This document shows positions 26,060 through 36,468 of a DNA stretch of 57,387 bases, piece by piece. Made by a program: the position numbers and the translations under genes. The stretch is from a virus (lineage: Duplodnaviria > Caudoviricetes). The notes below the pieces were generated by a model. It had not been told where the DNA came from, searched no databases, and worked only from the letters and a program-made list of their open reading frames with translations. The DNA lies in IMG/VR virus record IMGVR_UViG_3300044836_000005, positions 1 to 57,387 of that record; one strand, 5' to 3'. Every line of letters begins with the position of its first letter. Positions within the stretch are counted from its first letter, which is position 1.

Positions 26060-28579
26060 TTAGACTCCTTCTATAAAGTGAATTTTTGTCATTGTGATTG
26101 CTGTATTTGCGCCATCTTCGTAAGCGTCATCTAACAAATCAGCTTCTAAATTTCCAATAATAAATCGTCCCCGCCTATCCCTATAACAAATCAAAGATGG
26201 GCGAGTAGATAAATCTAATAAGTGTGGAATATCTGCATTTTCTAATTTAAGCACCGATTGAATTCGCTCCGATAAATTTTCTCCAAACTCAACTGACGGA
26301 TATTGACGGCCGGCATATGTTGCCATTGAACGTTCACGGCCAACACCATATGAACGTCCGTGACCATCCCACTTGAAACGATAAATACTTGTTATATCTG
26401 TAATATCGTGGAGCCAAACGCCACGAAGATTAACTGTTACATACGCAATCACACTTTCATTTGAAGTGCCGTTGGTATCAGCATAAGCAACAATTTTGTA
26501 TTCATATTGCTGGCCACTGGCTACTTGATAGTCATAAAAAACTGGACCGTTTGGAGGTAATAAAGTAGCAATTCGTACCCAATTCGCTTGTGTTGATTTT
26601 CTACGAAATAAACTATTGTAAGTTACAGGAGGATCACTAAATACTAAATCAGGGTTGGTATAAGAGATAATAATTCGCCCATTATCGGGATCGGGAGCCC
26701 CACTAATTGTAGGTTCTTCGGGCATGATAAATGCCGTTGTGAAAACGCTAGATGCTATTGCACTTTTAATAAGTGCATCATTCCACGCATATGCTTGAAC
26801 TTGATATGACTGACCATTTAATAATGTCCAATCAATCGGAATCGACAACGATGAACCAGAAATTTTTCCCGTATCAACTAATGTATTCCCAAGATTATCT
26901 TTTAGAAGCACTTGCAATGCATTGATAGGACGGCCAGCAGGATCAGAATAACTAAGTAAAACCGTGATCCTATTTACAGAAATTGAGGAAGCATTTACTG
27001 GCGAGCTAATAGAAATAGTTGGCGCTGCAGCCGCTACGAATCTTTTCTGCGTAGCTGCGGGAGAGGGAGCGTCGGCGGCATCCCAGGTATAAGCAGTCCA
27101 CAAATAACTAAGTGCATTGGTTAATGTTCCACCGGGAACGGAAAATGTTTCTGCCGAACTAGTTACCTTTCCAGAGTCATAAGCGACGGTTCCTGCAATT
27201 TCACGAGTAATAACTAATCTATGTGCGCTTTGTGTATCGCCGGCCGGCTCATCCGGATCTTCAAAATGTGCCGTAAATACTTGTGTAGTGGTGGCATCAA
27301 AATTTGCTTTGTCGTCAAGAGTAGGAGCATAAGGATTTTGGTTTGTTGTTGACGCACTCACATATCGAAATGACGTTCCGTCTAGAAAAGCAACATCTAA
27401 AGTATTAAATAAAGCACCACGAGAAACTGAAACATTTAATGCGGTTACTGTGCCAGCATGTAATACCGCCCAACTTCCCCAGGTGCCAGCACCTCGATCA
27501 TATTTGATCCATTTAAGATCATCACTTGTGTCTCCAACCGCAAACAAATAAATATTTTGGTTCGCATCATATGTTGCGGCAATTGCATTGATAGGGCCAT
27601 CACCTAAAGCCGGCGGTGAGATATAAGTTGTGCCGGTATTTGCTGCATCTCGTTGAGCAATTTTAATGTTTGTATTGTCGTTGTCCGGAGCATATGCGAC
27701 AACAAACCTATTGCCGTCAAAGTACCCGGCAATTGCTGAATTCCAAGCATATCTCGTATCTAGCTGAACGACACTATTGTGAGCACCTGAATTCCAAGAG
27801 CCAGAATTAAATACAATTCGGTTAAACCAAATACCCTGTTTTTCTGTAGTCCCTGCGGCATTGTTTGTCCAAGCGGCCATCAAATGCGGAGTATTAGATT
27901 GCGTTACATATTGATTTCCCACTTGATGAAAAAAATCAATAACAGGATTGGCTTGGTAAAATGTATCGGTAATGTCGCCTAAGAAAAATCCTGTTTGCTT
28001 TGTAATAACTGCATTTGTAGCAACATTAAACCGAATCCGCTCGCCAATAATCTCACTGATCCCGGCAGTGGGGCCTTGTGCTTCATTGGAAACAATAAAA
28101 CAATCTTCTTGCGTATTTGGTTGCACGTTCCAAGTAACCGGAACAATGACCATTGCCGGCACTCGCATATCAGATTGATCTTGTGTGCCGATTGCGGCAA
28201 CGTAATCATTAGAAGGGACCGGAACGTCAGAACCAAATGAAAAGTTTGTTTTTGTCGAGTTTGGAATTCCACGCTTAACAACTAGTCCTCGGCCAGTACC
28301 GGGAGCAGCGTTGTATGCGTCGTTGCCTTCGTTCCAGCAGACATATAAAGCATCTAAAGGACTTCTAGCAAGGCTTACCTGATATCCAATAACGCTTGAA
28401 AGTGAAGTAATTAAAGTAAATGTGGAACCGTTGTCCTTGCTATAAAAAAGATCAGCATTAGTTCCATTCGGAACAATCGAGATGATAGTTCCATCACTCA
28501 ATCGAACAATTTTGTTTTGTCCACCACCACCATAAGCGGCATTCGTAAGCGCCGTAGTATCAATTTGTGTATCAGGCAT
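26060..28579 (-). CDS. Minor tail protein (propeller, Ig/FN3-like and distal-tail-like regions)
   Basis: Asp-box SKDNGSTF; FN3-like YEYKIVAY; C-terminal AGRQYPSVEFG...YRDRRGR; follows the tape measure gene. Confidence 0.7.
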   Translation of the reverse strand: MPDTQIDTTALTNAAYGGGGQNKIVRLSDGTIISIVPNGTNADLFYSKDNGSTFTLITSLSSVIGYQVSLARSPLDALYVCWNEGNDAYNAAPGTGRGLVVKRGIPNSTKTNFSFGSDVPVPSNDYVAAIGTQDQSDMRVPAMVIVPVTWNVQPNTQEDCFIVSNEAQGPTAGISEIIGERIRFNVATNAVITKQTGFFLGDITDTFYQANPVIDFFHQVGNQYVTQSNTPHLMAAWTNNAAGTTEKQGIWFNRIVFNSGSWNSGAHNSVVQLDTRYAWNSAIAGYFDGNRFVVAYAPDNDNTNIKIAQRDAANTGTTYISPPALGDGPINAIAATYDANQNIYLFAVGDTSDDLKWIKYDRGAGTWGSWAVLHAGTVTALNVSVSRGALFNTLDVAFLDGTSFRYVSASTTNQNPYAPTLDDKANFDATTTQVFTAHFEDPDEPAGDTQSAHRLVITREIAGTVAYDSGKVTSSAETFSVPGGTLTNALSYLWTAYTWDAADAPSPAATQKRFVAAAAPTISISSPVNASSISVNRITVLLSYSDPAGRPINALQVLLKDNLGNTLVDTGKISGSSLSIPIDWTLLNGQSYQVQAYAWNDALIKSAIASSVFTTAFIMPEEPTISGAPDPDNGRIIISYTNPDLVFSDPPVTYNSLFRRKSTQANWVRIATLLPPNGPVFYDYQVASGQQYEYKIVAYADTNGTSNESVIAYVTVNLRGVWLHDITDITSIYRFKWDGHGRSYGVGRERSMATYAGRQYPSVEFGENLSERIQSVLKLENADIPHLLDLSTRPSLICYRDRRGRFIIGNLEADLLDDAYEDGANTAITMTKIHFIEGV

Positions 28580-28590
28580 TATGACTCCGA

Positions 28591-28953
28591 TTAAATATTG
28601 TACGGATCAAAGCCCGCACGATGATGGGGAAAGAAATGAGCCTTTCCATTAACTTGAAAAAATTCGCCCGCTTCGTGACGCTCGACCATAACTACTTTTT
28701 CAAACAACCAGCGGAGCCACGTTTCCTCGTTGTAATTGGTTGGTGGAATTGGGAACCTATGCAGCACTTCGATTTTAGAACCATTGGCGCTATCCGCACC
28801 TTTAACAACGATATATAAAAACAATCCGTGGCGCCCCTCGCCATCTCCGACTTCCCGTAACTCAAAAGTCCAACCATCTTTATATTTTAATCCGTCTAGT
28901 AATTGCGACAATGGTTCAGGGTATGGAAAGACGTGCATTGCGTTACTCATCAC
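28591..28953 (-). CDS. Hypothetical protein in the tail module
   Basis: 120 aa overlapping the tape measure stop; RHEAGEF. Confidence 0.65.
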   Translation of the reverse strand: MMSNAMHVFPYPEPLSQLLDGLKYKDGWTFELREVGDGEGRHGLFLYIVVKGADSANGSKIEVLHRFPIPPTNYNEETWLRWLFEKVVMVERHEAGEFFQVNGKAHFFPHHRAGFDPYNI

Positions 28954-31900
28954 GAACCTTGCCTTGCAACTTGACGAATATTGTTAAAGAAATCGGCAAC
29001 ATTTTGCATTTCTGCGATGTCGGCAGCGGGGATCAAAATTTGGTCGATATTGAACGTATCGCCACCACCGCCCATTGCAGCTAACATATCTTTATTGAAA
29101 ATAGTTCCTCGTGTCCGTGGCATGAATAGCTCCGGGCCATTTTCGCCCACTACTGAATATTTATTCATAGGCGGATTACCACCACTAGCGAAACCAAGTC
29201 CGCTAAATAGTCCGCCACCTTCTACGAATCCACCAGCATTACCGGCAGTAATGTCATGGTAAAGATCAACGCCAGAATAACCACCAATATTTTTAGCTAA
29301 ATCAGCCGCTCTTTGTGCCCATGAAATTGCAGTTTGTGCGGCACTAACAACGCCATTTAAGAAACCAACCATTGCACCGCAAGCTCGATCAATAACACCT
29401 TTTGCAGTATCAATTGTTGTTCCAATTGCGCCCCAAACTGTGTCCCACACTTTTTGCAATGCATTAATAACGTCGGTAACTTTTGTTTTAACTGCGTCAA
29501 CCGACGTGGCGACGATGAATTTAATGCTGGTCCAAGTTGTGTCAATTAAAGTTTTGATTGCATTCCAGGTGGTATCCCAGAATGTTTTCAAGGCACCAAC
29601 AACTGTGCGGATTACTAAATCAATCCCATTCATTGCGGTAGTTATAATTAACTTGATGGCATTCCAAACAGTGTCGATAACTGTTTTAATTGCATTCATT
29701 GTCACGTCAAAGAAATTCTGTAACGCCGTCCAAATTGTACGAATTAGCAAATCAATTGCGTTCGTAATCGGAGTAATAATATTATCTTTAATAAAGCTCC
29801 AAACAGTTTGGAACACCGTTTGAATTGCAGTAAGTGTTAGCGAAATAAAGTTTGAAATAATCGTAAAAGTCGTCGTGATAATTAAATTAATAAGATCCCA
29901 TGTCGTCTGGATCAAAGTTGAAATAATAAACCAAGCATTTGTAAAAATAGTGACGACGCCGTTTAATTGGTTGGTGATATAAGCGACGACGAGATCCAAA
30001 ATCGTAGTAATAATTGTTTGAATTAAATTCCAAACGGTAGTTACCACTCCACCAATAACATCCCAAACAGTTGTAAAAATAGTTTGAATTACATTCAATT
30101 GGGCGGTGATGATGGTTGTTACAGTATTAATAATGGTAGTAATGACGGTACTAATTAGATCCCAAACGACTTGAGTCGCCGCCTTGATTTGGTCCCAGCA
30201 TAAATAAATAGCGCCAGCAACTAAAGCCAACGGACCGACGATCAAAACTGCTAAAGCGGCAAGTGCGCCAAGAATAATTACGTGGAATTTATCCCAAATG
30301 TCGGTAAGGAAAGTACCGATTGCATTCCAAGCAAGCGACCATGCGGCACTAATCAATCCCATGCCGGCATCAATGACGCCAGAAATTATATTAATAGCAA
30401 GTTCGATTGTCCCTCGGATTAACTCCCATGCGACAGTAACAACTCCACCGATAAGAGCCCATGCTGTATTCCAAATTCCTTCTAAGATGCCAAAGAAATT
30501 CGTAATGATTTGCAGCAATCCATCCCATAGCGCTTGCCAATCGCCAGTTAAAATTGCTTTGAAAACGTTGAAAATTCCAGTAATTACTCCGATGGCGCCA
30601 GTGACTACCGCTGCAATTCCGGAAAAGACACCAGCAAAAACTGTTACCAATGTTGACAAAATTGCAGCAACCGTCGTGACAATTGTTTGCATTGCGTCAA
30701 CAATGTTGTTGACCAATCCTTGACCGAATCGGTCCCACAAATCAGTAACAATCGCAACAACCGTATTCACTGCAGCGACAATCAATTGGAACGTTGCGAT
30801 AATCAAAGTAATTGCAGAAGTAATTACCGGCACGATTGCAGCAGCCATTTGCACAACTGCAGCCGTAATTGCATTCCAAATCTCAACCGCCGCAGTACGA
30901 ATCGTAAGAAACAACGGCAATAATGAATTAAATACAGACGTGGCAACCGAGCTAATGACGGTCCAAGCGGTTACCGCTGCAGAGCTAACAGCGGCAAAGA
31001 TTCCCGGTAAAGAATTAAATACTGCCGTCGCAATTTCTACCGCAGTGCGTGCGGCCGCTCCAATTCTTTCCATTACACCAACGACGGTATTACCACCGCT
31101 AGTTATGGCCCCGCCTTGGAATACTGCTACCAAATTGTCCCATGCATCAATTACTTTTTGCACAAATCCAACCGCTGCATTGAATGCAGTTTGCAACGCA
31201 CCGCTAACGATCGACGCAACGTTATTAACTGCATCGTGGAAAGATTGGAAATGCGTGTAGGCATAAATAAAAGCAGCCGCTAAGGCAGTAATTGCAACAA
31301 CTATTAATGTTACTGGCCCGAACAACAAAGCAAATCCGGCAGCGATGGCCGGCAGCATTGCAGCGATTAACGTAGCTCCACCAGCCAGCAAGAACAGAGC
31401 AGCGACAACACCAAGAACAACGGCAAGCCACTTTTGCATTTCCGGGCTAAGTGCTGCAATTTTGTTAACTAATGTAGTGAGAATATCAGCCGCCGCTTTG
31501 ATTGCCGGCTGAAATAATTCACCAAAGGTAATCATTGCAGTTTCGACAGAACCTTTTAATTGCTCAATGGAACCTTTCAGGTTATCCATTCGAGCCTTGG
31601 CAACGTCCGCCGCTTTTACTCGCTCGATAGCATCTTTCAACCCGTCGAATTGGACACCAGTGGTATTAACAATTGTCGAAAGTGCGGCCAGAGATTCAGT
31701 ACCGAAAATTGTTTTAAGTGCGACTGATTGTAGCTCCGGAGTCAAGTTGCCGATCGTTGCGTGAAGCAACGTCATAATTTCATCCATCGGCTTTAATTTT
31801 CCAGCCGCATCAAAGAAAAGATTACCGCCTTCCTTTGTGACAAGTCCCAAATCCGCTAACGCACCTGCAGCCTTTTTTGAACGTGGTGTGAGGTCAGTAA

Positions 31901-32606
31901 GGAATGACCGCAAGCTAGTACCGGCTTGGCTACCAGTGATGCCGGCATTACCGAGCAACGCAATTGCGGTTGTTACGTCGTCAATGCTAAGTCCCATTGC
32001 CTTTGCAACGGGGCCAACATATTTCATTGATTCGCCAATATCCGAAATGCCAATCGAGCTTACGTTTGCAGCGCCAGCAAAAATATCCGCAACGTGAGTT
32101 AAGTCTTGCGCTCGCAACCCGAATTGGTTCATTGCGTTAGCAGCAATTGTCGCCGCTTGAGGCAAATCAATTTCGCCAGCAGCAGCCAGCGCCACGGTTG
32201 CGTCTGCAGCACCGTTCATAACGTCCGGTAATGCAACGCCAGCTTTTACTAATTCCTCAATCGCATTTGCCGCTTCCCCTGCGGAGAAGACGGTGTCGGC
32301 ACCGAGTTGCAAAGCCTTCTGACGTACTGCGTCTAATTGATCGCCGGTGGCTCCGCTTACGGCGCCGATTGCGCTAATCCGTTGTTCGAAATTAGCAGCA
32401 GCACCTACCGCCGCAGCGAAGCCACCAACAATTGCCGTACCAAATCCAACCATTGTTGAACCGGCAATTAACATTGAACGGTTTACACCGTCACTACCTT
32501 TTGAAATTCCATCTAATGAACGTGTTGCCTCATCAACACCTTTGCTAACACCAGAGGCATCAAGCTCAATTTTTCCTTTTGCTGTACCTACGTCGTATCC
32601 AGCCAT
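28950..32606 (-). CDS. Tape measure protein (TP901-like core)
   Basis: ALQLGADTVFSAGEAANAIEELVKAG; GSQAGTSLR; long Trp-periodic amphipathic repeats. Confidence 0.95.
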   Translation of the reverse strand: MAGYDVGTAKGKIELDASGVSKGVDEATRSLDGISKGSDGVNRSMLIAGSTMVGFGTAIVGGFAAAVGAAANFEQRISAIGAVSGATGDQLDAVRQKALQLGADTVFSAGEAANAIEELVKAGVALPDVMNGAADATVALAAAGEIDLPQAATIAANAMNQFGLRAQDLTHVADIFAGAANVSSIGISDIGESMKYVGPVAKAMGLSIDDVTTAIALLGNAGITGSQAGTSLRSFLTDLTPRSKKAAGALADLGLVTKEGGNLFFDAAGKLKPMDEIMTLLHATIGNLTPELQSVALKTIFGTESLAALSTIVNTTGVQFDGLKDAIERVKAADVAKARMDNLKGSIEQLKGSVETAMITFGELFQPAIKAAADILTTLVNKIAALSPEMQKWLAVVLGVVAALFLLAGGATLIAAMLPAIAAGFALLFGPVTLIVVAITALAAAFIYAYTHFQSFHDAVNNVASIVSGALQTAFNAAVGFVQKVIDAWDNLVAVFQGGAITSGGNTVVGVMERIGAAARTAVEIATAVFNSLPGIFAAVSSAAVTAWTVISSVATSVFNSLLPLFLTIRTAAVEIWNAITAAVVQMAAAIVPVITSAITLIIATFQLIVAAVNTVVAIVTDLWDRFGQGLVNNIVDAMQTIVTTVAAILSTLVTVFAGVFSGIAAVVTGAIGVITGIFNVFKAILTGDWQALWDGLLQIITNFFGILEGIWNTAWALIGGVVTVAWELIRGTIELAINIISGVIDAGMGLISAAWSLAWNAIGTFLTDIWDKFHVIILGALAALAVLIVGPLALVAGAIYLCWDQIKAATQVVWDLISTVITTIINTVTTIITAQLNVIQTIFTTVWDVIGGVVTTVWNLIQTIITTILDLVVAYITNQLNGVVTIFTNAWFIISTLIQTTWDLINLIITTTFTIISNFISLTLTAIQTVFQTVWSFIKDNIITPITNAIDLLIRTIWTALQNFFDVTMNAIKTVIDTVWNAIKLIITTAMNGIDLVIRTVVGALKTFWDTTWNAIKTLIDTTWTSIKFIVATSVDAVKTKVTDVINALQKVWDTVWGAIGTTIDTAKGVIDRACGAMVGFLNGVVSAAQTAISWAQRAADLAKNIGGYSGVDLYHDITAGNAGGFVEGGGLFSGLGFASGGNPPMNKYSVVGENGPELFMPRTRGTIFNKDMLAAMGGGGDTFNIDQILIPAADIAEMQNVADFFNNIRQVARQGS

Positions 32607-32611
32607 GCGAG

Positions 32612-32957
32612 CTATCCCGTCTTTTCATCTTTTGTGGACTTGCTCGCCGTTGACATTGTTGATGGATCACGGAAGCTTGATTCTTTATTAATCGTCCGCA
32701 AATCCGTTATAAAATTACCGTCTTTATCTTCCATACCACGCAAAATAACTTTTAGCTTTTCGAGCTTCAATTTCTCTGCGTTTTTACCAGTTATTTTTTC
32801 AAGCTCTTGAATAACCGAGTTGGCATATAGACTTACGGCTTGATCGAAACAAAAAGCAACGTAAGTATCTTCAATATCCATTAATTCACTCGGACGTATT
32901 CCCCATTGCTTCGCTTCGTGAAATGTCATCCATAACATCGTCCTGTTGTTTACGAAA
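32612..32957 (-). CDS. Tail assembly chaperone, C-terminal (frameshifted) segment
   Basis: Overlaps the end of 32886-33359 in the +1 frame; WGIRPSELMDIED..AFCFDQAV. Confidence 0.65.
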
Positions 32958-33359
32958 TTTTTCGAGATCCTTTGTACCTCCCAATGCAAATTGGAAAATA
33001 AAGGTTTTATCAGCGTCGTCCACCTCATCGACATACAAAAGCTCAGGGTCACGTTCAGCTTCCGTGGCCGGCTTAGACAGGATGGGAGGATCAACAACGC
33101 ACGCAACCGTAATCGCATCCATCGTTTGCATGATTTCAGCAATAACCGATAAATCCTGCGTCATTTCTTTAGCTTTCTCACCAGTAATTCCACCAGCGCC
33201 TAGCGCATTCTGGACAATCGGGAGCAAAGCGTTAGGGATCATTCCCTCTTTAATAAAATGTTGAATGCCGGGATTCTTCACCAGCGCAACATTGCCAGAC
33301 GGCAGATTTAACTCTTGACCGACGTTGGACTTCTTCCAATTTTTAGAATTTGTAGCCAT
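32886..33359 (-). CDS. Tail assembly chaperone
   Basis: Lies between the major tail and tape measure genes; LPSG and DKTFIFQFA. Confidence 0.75.
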   Translation of the reverse strand: MATNSKNWKKSNVGQELNLPSGNVALVKNPGIQHFIKEGMIPNALLPIVQNALGAGGITGEKAKEMTQDLSVIAEIMQTMDAITVACVVDPPILSKPATEAERDPELLYVDEVDDADKTFIFQFALGGTKDLEKFRKQQDDVMDDISRSEAMGNTSE

Positions 33360-33408
33360 TTTGTTCTCCTAGGAATCGTGGCGTTAAGTTGTGTTTAACA
33401 GTTAAAAA

Positions 33409-33954
33409 TTACGGGTTTGAAACGCTAGCAACTGCGGTTTCATTCTGGACAATATCGTACAAAATGTCGGTAGACATTGGGATACCAATTCCGTCACAAG
33501 CGGTAAGGAAGAATTGGTCATTACCGAAATCGCCACCAATATCACCAGTGGCCCTAGCCTTATAAATAACGCAATGGAAGTCACCACCGCTATCAGAAAT
33601 CATCTGACCCTCAATTTTGAAATAAGGGCGGGAATCAGTGACTTTCTTTTGCAATTTCTTAACTTGTGCGGGAGTGGTACCAGTCGAAGTAATCGTGCCA
33701 CCAGCAAGAACGGCCCATGCTTCTAAAGAAACACCGCCCGACTCAAGCGACCAATTAATAGAAGCACCTTTGCCACGATAGGCAACCGTCTTATCGTCAC
33801 CACGAAGTTCTTCAAAATCTTCCGCTTCTGCGAAGGAAAGCGTGCGGGCGACTGGCAAATCGACAGTAGTTCCTAAAGTTTCGCCACCAGCCAAATATGG
33901 AGTTAATTTTACATCTCGCAAGCCGAACGGCAACGGTTGTACTGTTAAAGGCAT
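33409..33954 (-). CDS. Major tail protein
   Basis: LPFGLRDVKLTP, EELRGDD, RPYFKIEG; synteny. Confidence 0.85.
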   Translation of the reverse strand: MPLTVQPLPFGLRDVKLTPYLAGGETLGTTVDLPVARTLSFAEAEDFEELRGDDKTVAYRGKGASINWSLESGGVSLEAWAVLAGGTITSTGTTPAQVKKLQKKVTDSRPYFKIEGQMISDSGGDFHCVIYKARATGDIGGDFGNDQFFLTACDGIGIPMSTDILYDIVQNETAVASVSNP

Positions 33955-34181
33955 TAACTTTTTCCTTTCGATAGTTGTTTCGATTTAATATTTTCAGGCG
34001 CTTTGTATTTGCGGGTACCTAAGAGCCTGACTGCGCCGTTCAATAAAAGAAAACGATGAATCACAATTGTGTCTTCGTTATGTCCGCAAAATTTTGAGTT
34101 GCACTTAAACTCGATGGTTGATTCACCATTCGAAGCGATAAGTTCTCCGAACTTTTTATTATCGCAACGAACCTCAAGCAT
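33954..34181 (-). CDS. Small zinc-binding protein
   Basis: EVRC...EFKCNSKFCGH...HRF. Confidence 0.65.
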   Translation of the reverse strand: MLEVRCDNKKFGELIASNGESTIEFKCNSKFCGHNEDTIVIHRFLLLNGAVRLLGTRKYKAPENIKSKQLSKGKS

Positions 34182-34537
34182 TACGATCGAACGCTTCCAC
34201 CGCCACTACGATTACCGGCAGCGGTAGTGATCGGACCAGGCGACACTCCACCAGTTGCGATTTCTTCGGAATCATCAACCTTTGCCGCTTCGATTTTCGC
34301 ATCAGCTTTAGCCGCTTCTGCTTTAGAAGCTTCGTCAGCCTTTACGAATTCGCCACCTTCGTTGTCGAGCAACCACTGCCCTACATCGTCGGGAACCTCA
34401 GCGGTAAAATCGTTTTTGGCATCAAAATGGACTGCCTTAGCTTCGGTATCTTCGCCAAGATGGCGAGTGAAATCATTCTTAACGAATGATCGAACATCGG
34501 AAGTTCCTTTATATCGCAAAAGCATTTTATTCTCCAC
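34181..34537 (-). CDS. Hypothetical virion-associated protein
   Basis: 118 aa within the neck operon. Confidence 0.65.
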   Translation of the reverse strand: MENKMLLRYKGTSDVRSFVKNDFTRHLGEDTEAKAVHFDAKNDFTAEVPDDVGQWLLDNEGGEFVKADEASKAEAAKADAKIEAAKVDDSEEIATGGVSPGPITTAAGNRSGGGSVRS

Positions 34538-34928
34538 GTCCTACTAGTCGGTATTCTGCTGTTCGGTAAATTGTATTAAAGCCTTCGTCTGCAATCTCTC
34601 CCGAGTTGCCTTGCCAAATTGCGGCAATCATATCTGTTTGGCTTAGGTCAATTAATGACATTGCTTCTTTAATTTTCCCCATCGCTAAATTGATTCGCTT
34701 GTATCCAACGGGTTTGTCATGCATATAAATTGAACATTGCTGGAAACACGCATCGCCTAAAGCAAAAGTCTTTAGCCCTAAGCGAATTATAATAAATGGC
34801 AGGTCCGGCAACTCACCTTGATTCGGAATAACCGTTACAAAGTTTTTGATTCGATTTGTCGGAACTATGTCTGTTAAATCTGTGTAATCAATTAAAGTAT
34901 CGTAAACTAATTGGTGCCAATCTATCAT
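34527..34928 (-). CDS. Tail terminator
   Basis: LPFIIIR, IYMHD; synteny. Confidence 0.7.
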   Translation of the reverse strand: MIDWHQLVYDTLIDYTDLTDIVPTNRIKNFVTVIPNQGELPDLPFIIIRLGLKTFALGDACFQQCSIYMHDKPVGYKRINLAMGKIKEAMSLIDLSQTDMIAAIWQGNSGEIADEGFNTIYRTAEYRLVGRGE

Positions 34929-35308
34929 GAGAAAATATCCTTTAGATCACGCATAAATTGGTCACTATAAATGTCGATTGTCGGCCCAATAATTGCGAAC
35001 CGACCGCTTTGCATTGTCTCAAGGAACACGCCGTAAGAAACCGTGTGATAAAGGTGAATAACTACTGATTCTTTATTGTTTTCGACTTCACCAAACAAAC
35101 CATTTCGAGCATTGCCGGTAATGTCGTGCCACGGTGCATTTGATCGCATATAACTTTGTGCGTCGGTTGCGGTTCTATCAGCAACAATTCCAATTCGCTT
35201 CATTGCAACTTTGGTAAGGTCACCAATATTTTTTCTTACGTCGGCGGTATCCCAGATGACAGTGAAGCCACCGCTACCTCTAGGCAATTGTGGTAACACC
35301 AGCTTCAA
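34925..35308 (-). CDS. HK97 gp10-like tail-completion protein
   Basis: APWHDITGNARNGL, YGVFLE, GRFAIIGPT. Confidence 0.8.
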   Translation of the reverse strand: MKLVLPQLPRGSGGFTVIWDTADVRKNIGDLTKVAMKRIGIVADRTATDAQSYMRSNAPWHDITGNARNGLFGEVENNKESVVIHLYHTVSYGVFLETMQSGRFAIIGPTIDIYSDQFMRDLKDIFS

Positions 35309-35642
35309 TAGACCAGTCTTGAATTTTCTTTACGATAGAAACTTTCATTCTCTCTCCATCGTAAACGAAAATATCTCCGACCTTTACGTCGAAGTCTGGC
35401 ATTGCAACAATTGTATATTTTAGATTAACTACGTTTGCATCTTGCCTTACCATTTGTTGAGCACCTGCAATTAATCCGGAAGTAATTAATCTGCATTGTT
35501 GTGGTGCCAACGTGGCCGATGGTAATTCTTCCTGTCCACCTTGGCCATCATCTACTAATTCTGTTCTAACAAATGAAATTTCCGTAGGAAAATCATCAAT
35601 TAGCATCTGCGTCATTTGTGCTTCAATTGAATAAGGCATCAT
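35280..35642 (-). CDS. Head-to-tail stopper
   Basis: DDGQGG and DVKVGDIF; synteny. Confidence 0.7.
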   Translation of the reverse strand: MMPYSIEAQMTQMLIDDFPTEISFVRTELVDDGQGGQEELPSATLAPQQCRLITSGLIAGAQQMVRQDANVVNLKYTIVAMPDFDVKVGDIFVYDGERMKVSIVKKIQDWSIEAGVTTIA

Positions 35643-35953
35643 TGCCTCACAATTTTTGTAACTATTGGTCCTGTTCCTGTGGCCGCTGCAATTTCAACAG
35701 TTAGTAGACGGTCATACTCCCGAGCCATAGCCAACGCATTTGCGTAGAGCCCGCTCATCTTGCGACTTGCACCTGCCTCGCTCACATCTACCATTGCAGA
35801 AAAGCGAGCCGCTTTTTGTCGCCAAATAGCAGCACTGGCACCGTTGACACCAAGTGCATCAACCAAGGCGCTAATGGAATCGTCAGAAAATAAAGTTTCT
35901 GTCGACTCATCGACGTTAAGTCGTACAATATTGATATCAACGATGCCAGCCAT
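35639..35953 (-). CDS. Head-to-tail adaptor
   Basis: IWRQKAA, VDVSEAGASRKMS; synteny. Confidence 0.7.
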   Translation of the reverse strand: MAGIVDINIVRLNVDESTETLFSDDSISALVDALGVNGASAAIWRQKAARFSAMVDVSEAGASRKMSGLYANALAMAREYDRLLTVEIAAATGTGPIVTKIVRQ

Positions 35954-35958
35954 TTTAA

Positions 35959-36387
35959 TTAACCGTTCTCTGATTGGTCGAGAGCGTCAACCAATTGTTC
36001 TTTATCCATCGAAGAATAACCCTCGATGCCACGGCTCCGAGCCAGTTTCTTTAACTGGCCAACGTGCATTTGGTTTAGATCCTGCTCTGAATCGCTTGCA
36101 GTCGGATCTTTGGTGCTTTCGTTCTGCCGAATAAGTCGCTCCTGCGGAGTGAGAACGCCCGGCACTTGAACGTCAGCCGCTTCGGTTTCCGTAGTAAGCA
36201 ACGGATCATCAGCAACCGAACCAACATCACCAGTATTGGGAGCAACGTTGCTCGCATAACCGGGATGCGACGGCTGTAGACGCTCCGGAACTTCATAACC
36301 TGCGGGGAGTTGATTACGACTCATCAAATAAAGGATATCGTCATCACTAAACGACTCCGGTTTTGATAAATCTACTTTACGAGACAT
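35959..36387 (-). CDS. Protein with a C-terminal Rho-N-terminal-like (HeH) domain
   Basis: LNQMHVGQLKKLARSRGIEGYSSMDKEQLVDAL. Confidence 0.75.
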   Translation of the reverse strand: MSRKVDLSKPESFSDDDILYLMSRNQLPAGYEVPERLQPSHPGYASNVAPNTGDVGSVADDPLLTTETEAADVQVPGVLTPQERLIRQNESTKDPTASDSEQDLNQMHVGQLKKLARSRGIEGYSSMDKEQLVDALDQSENG

Positions 36388-36415
36388 TTTGTTTTATCCG
36401 ATCTATGAGTAAGGA

Positions 36416-36457
36416 GTCGGTCGGTACTGCCACGGCGAAGAAACAGTACCGACCGAC
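36416..36457 (-). terminator. Stem-loop after the major capsid gene
   Basis: 14 bp perfect inverted repeat GTCGGTCGGTACTG/CAGTACCGACCGAC. Confidence 0.7.
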
Positions 36458-36468
36458 GAAATTAATGA

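Noticed and set aside
33402-33420. Frameshift extension of the major tail protein
   Set aside because: Ends CCG TAA with stops or only a short gap before the chaperone gene; no extension domain available
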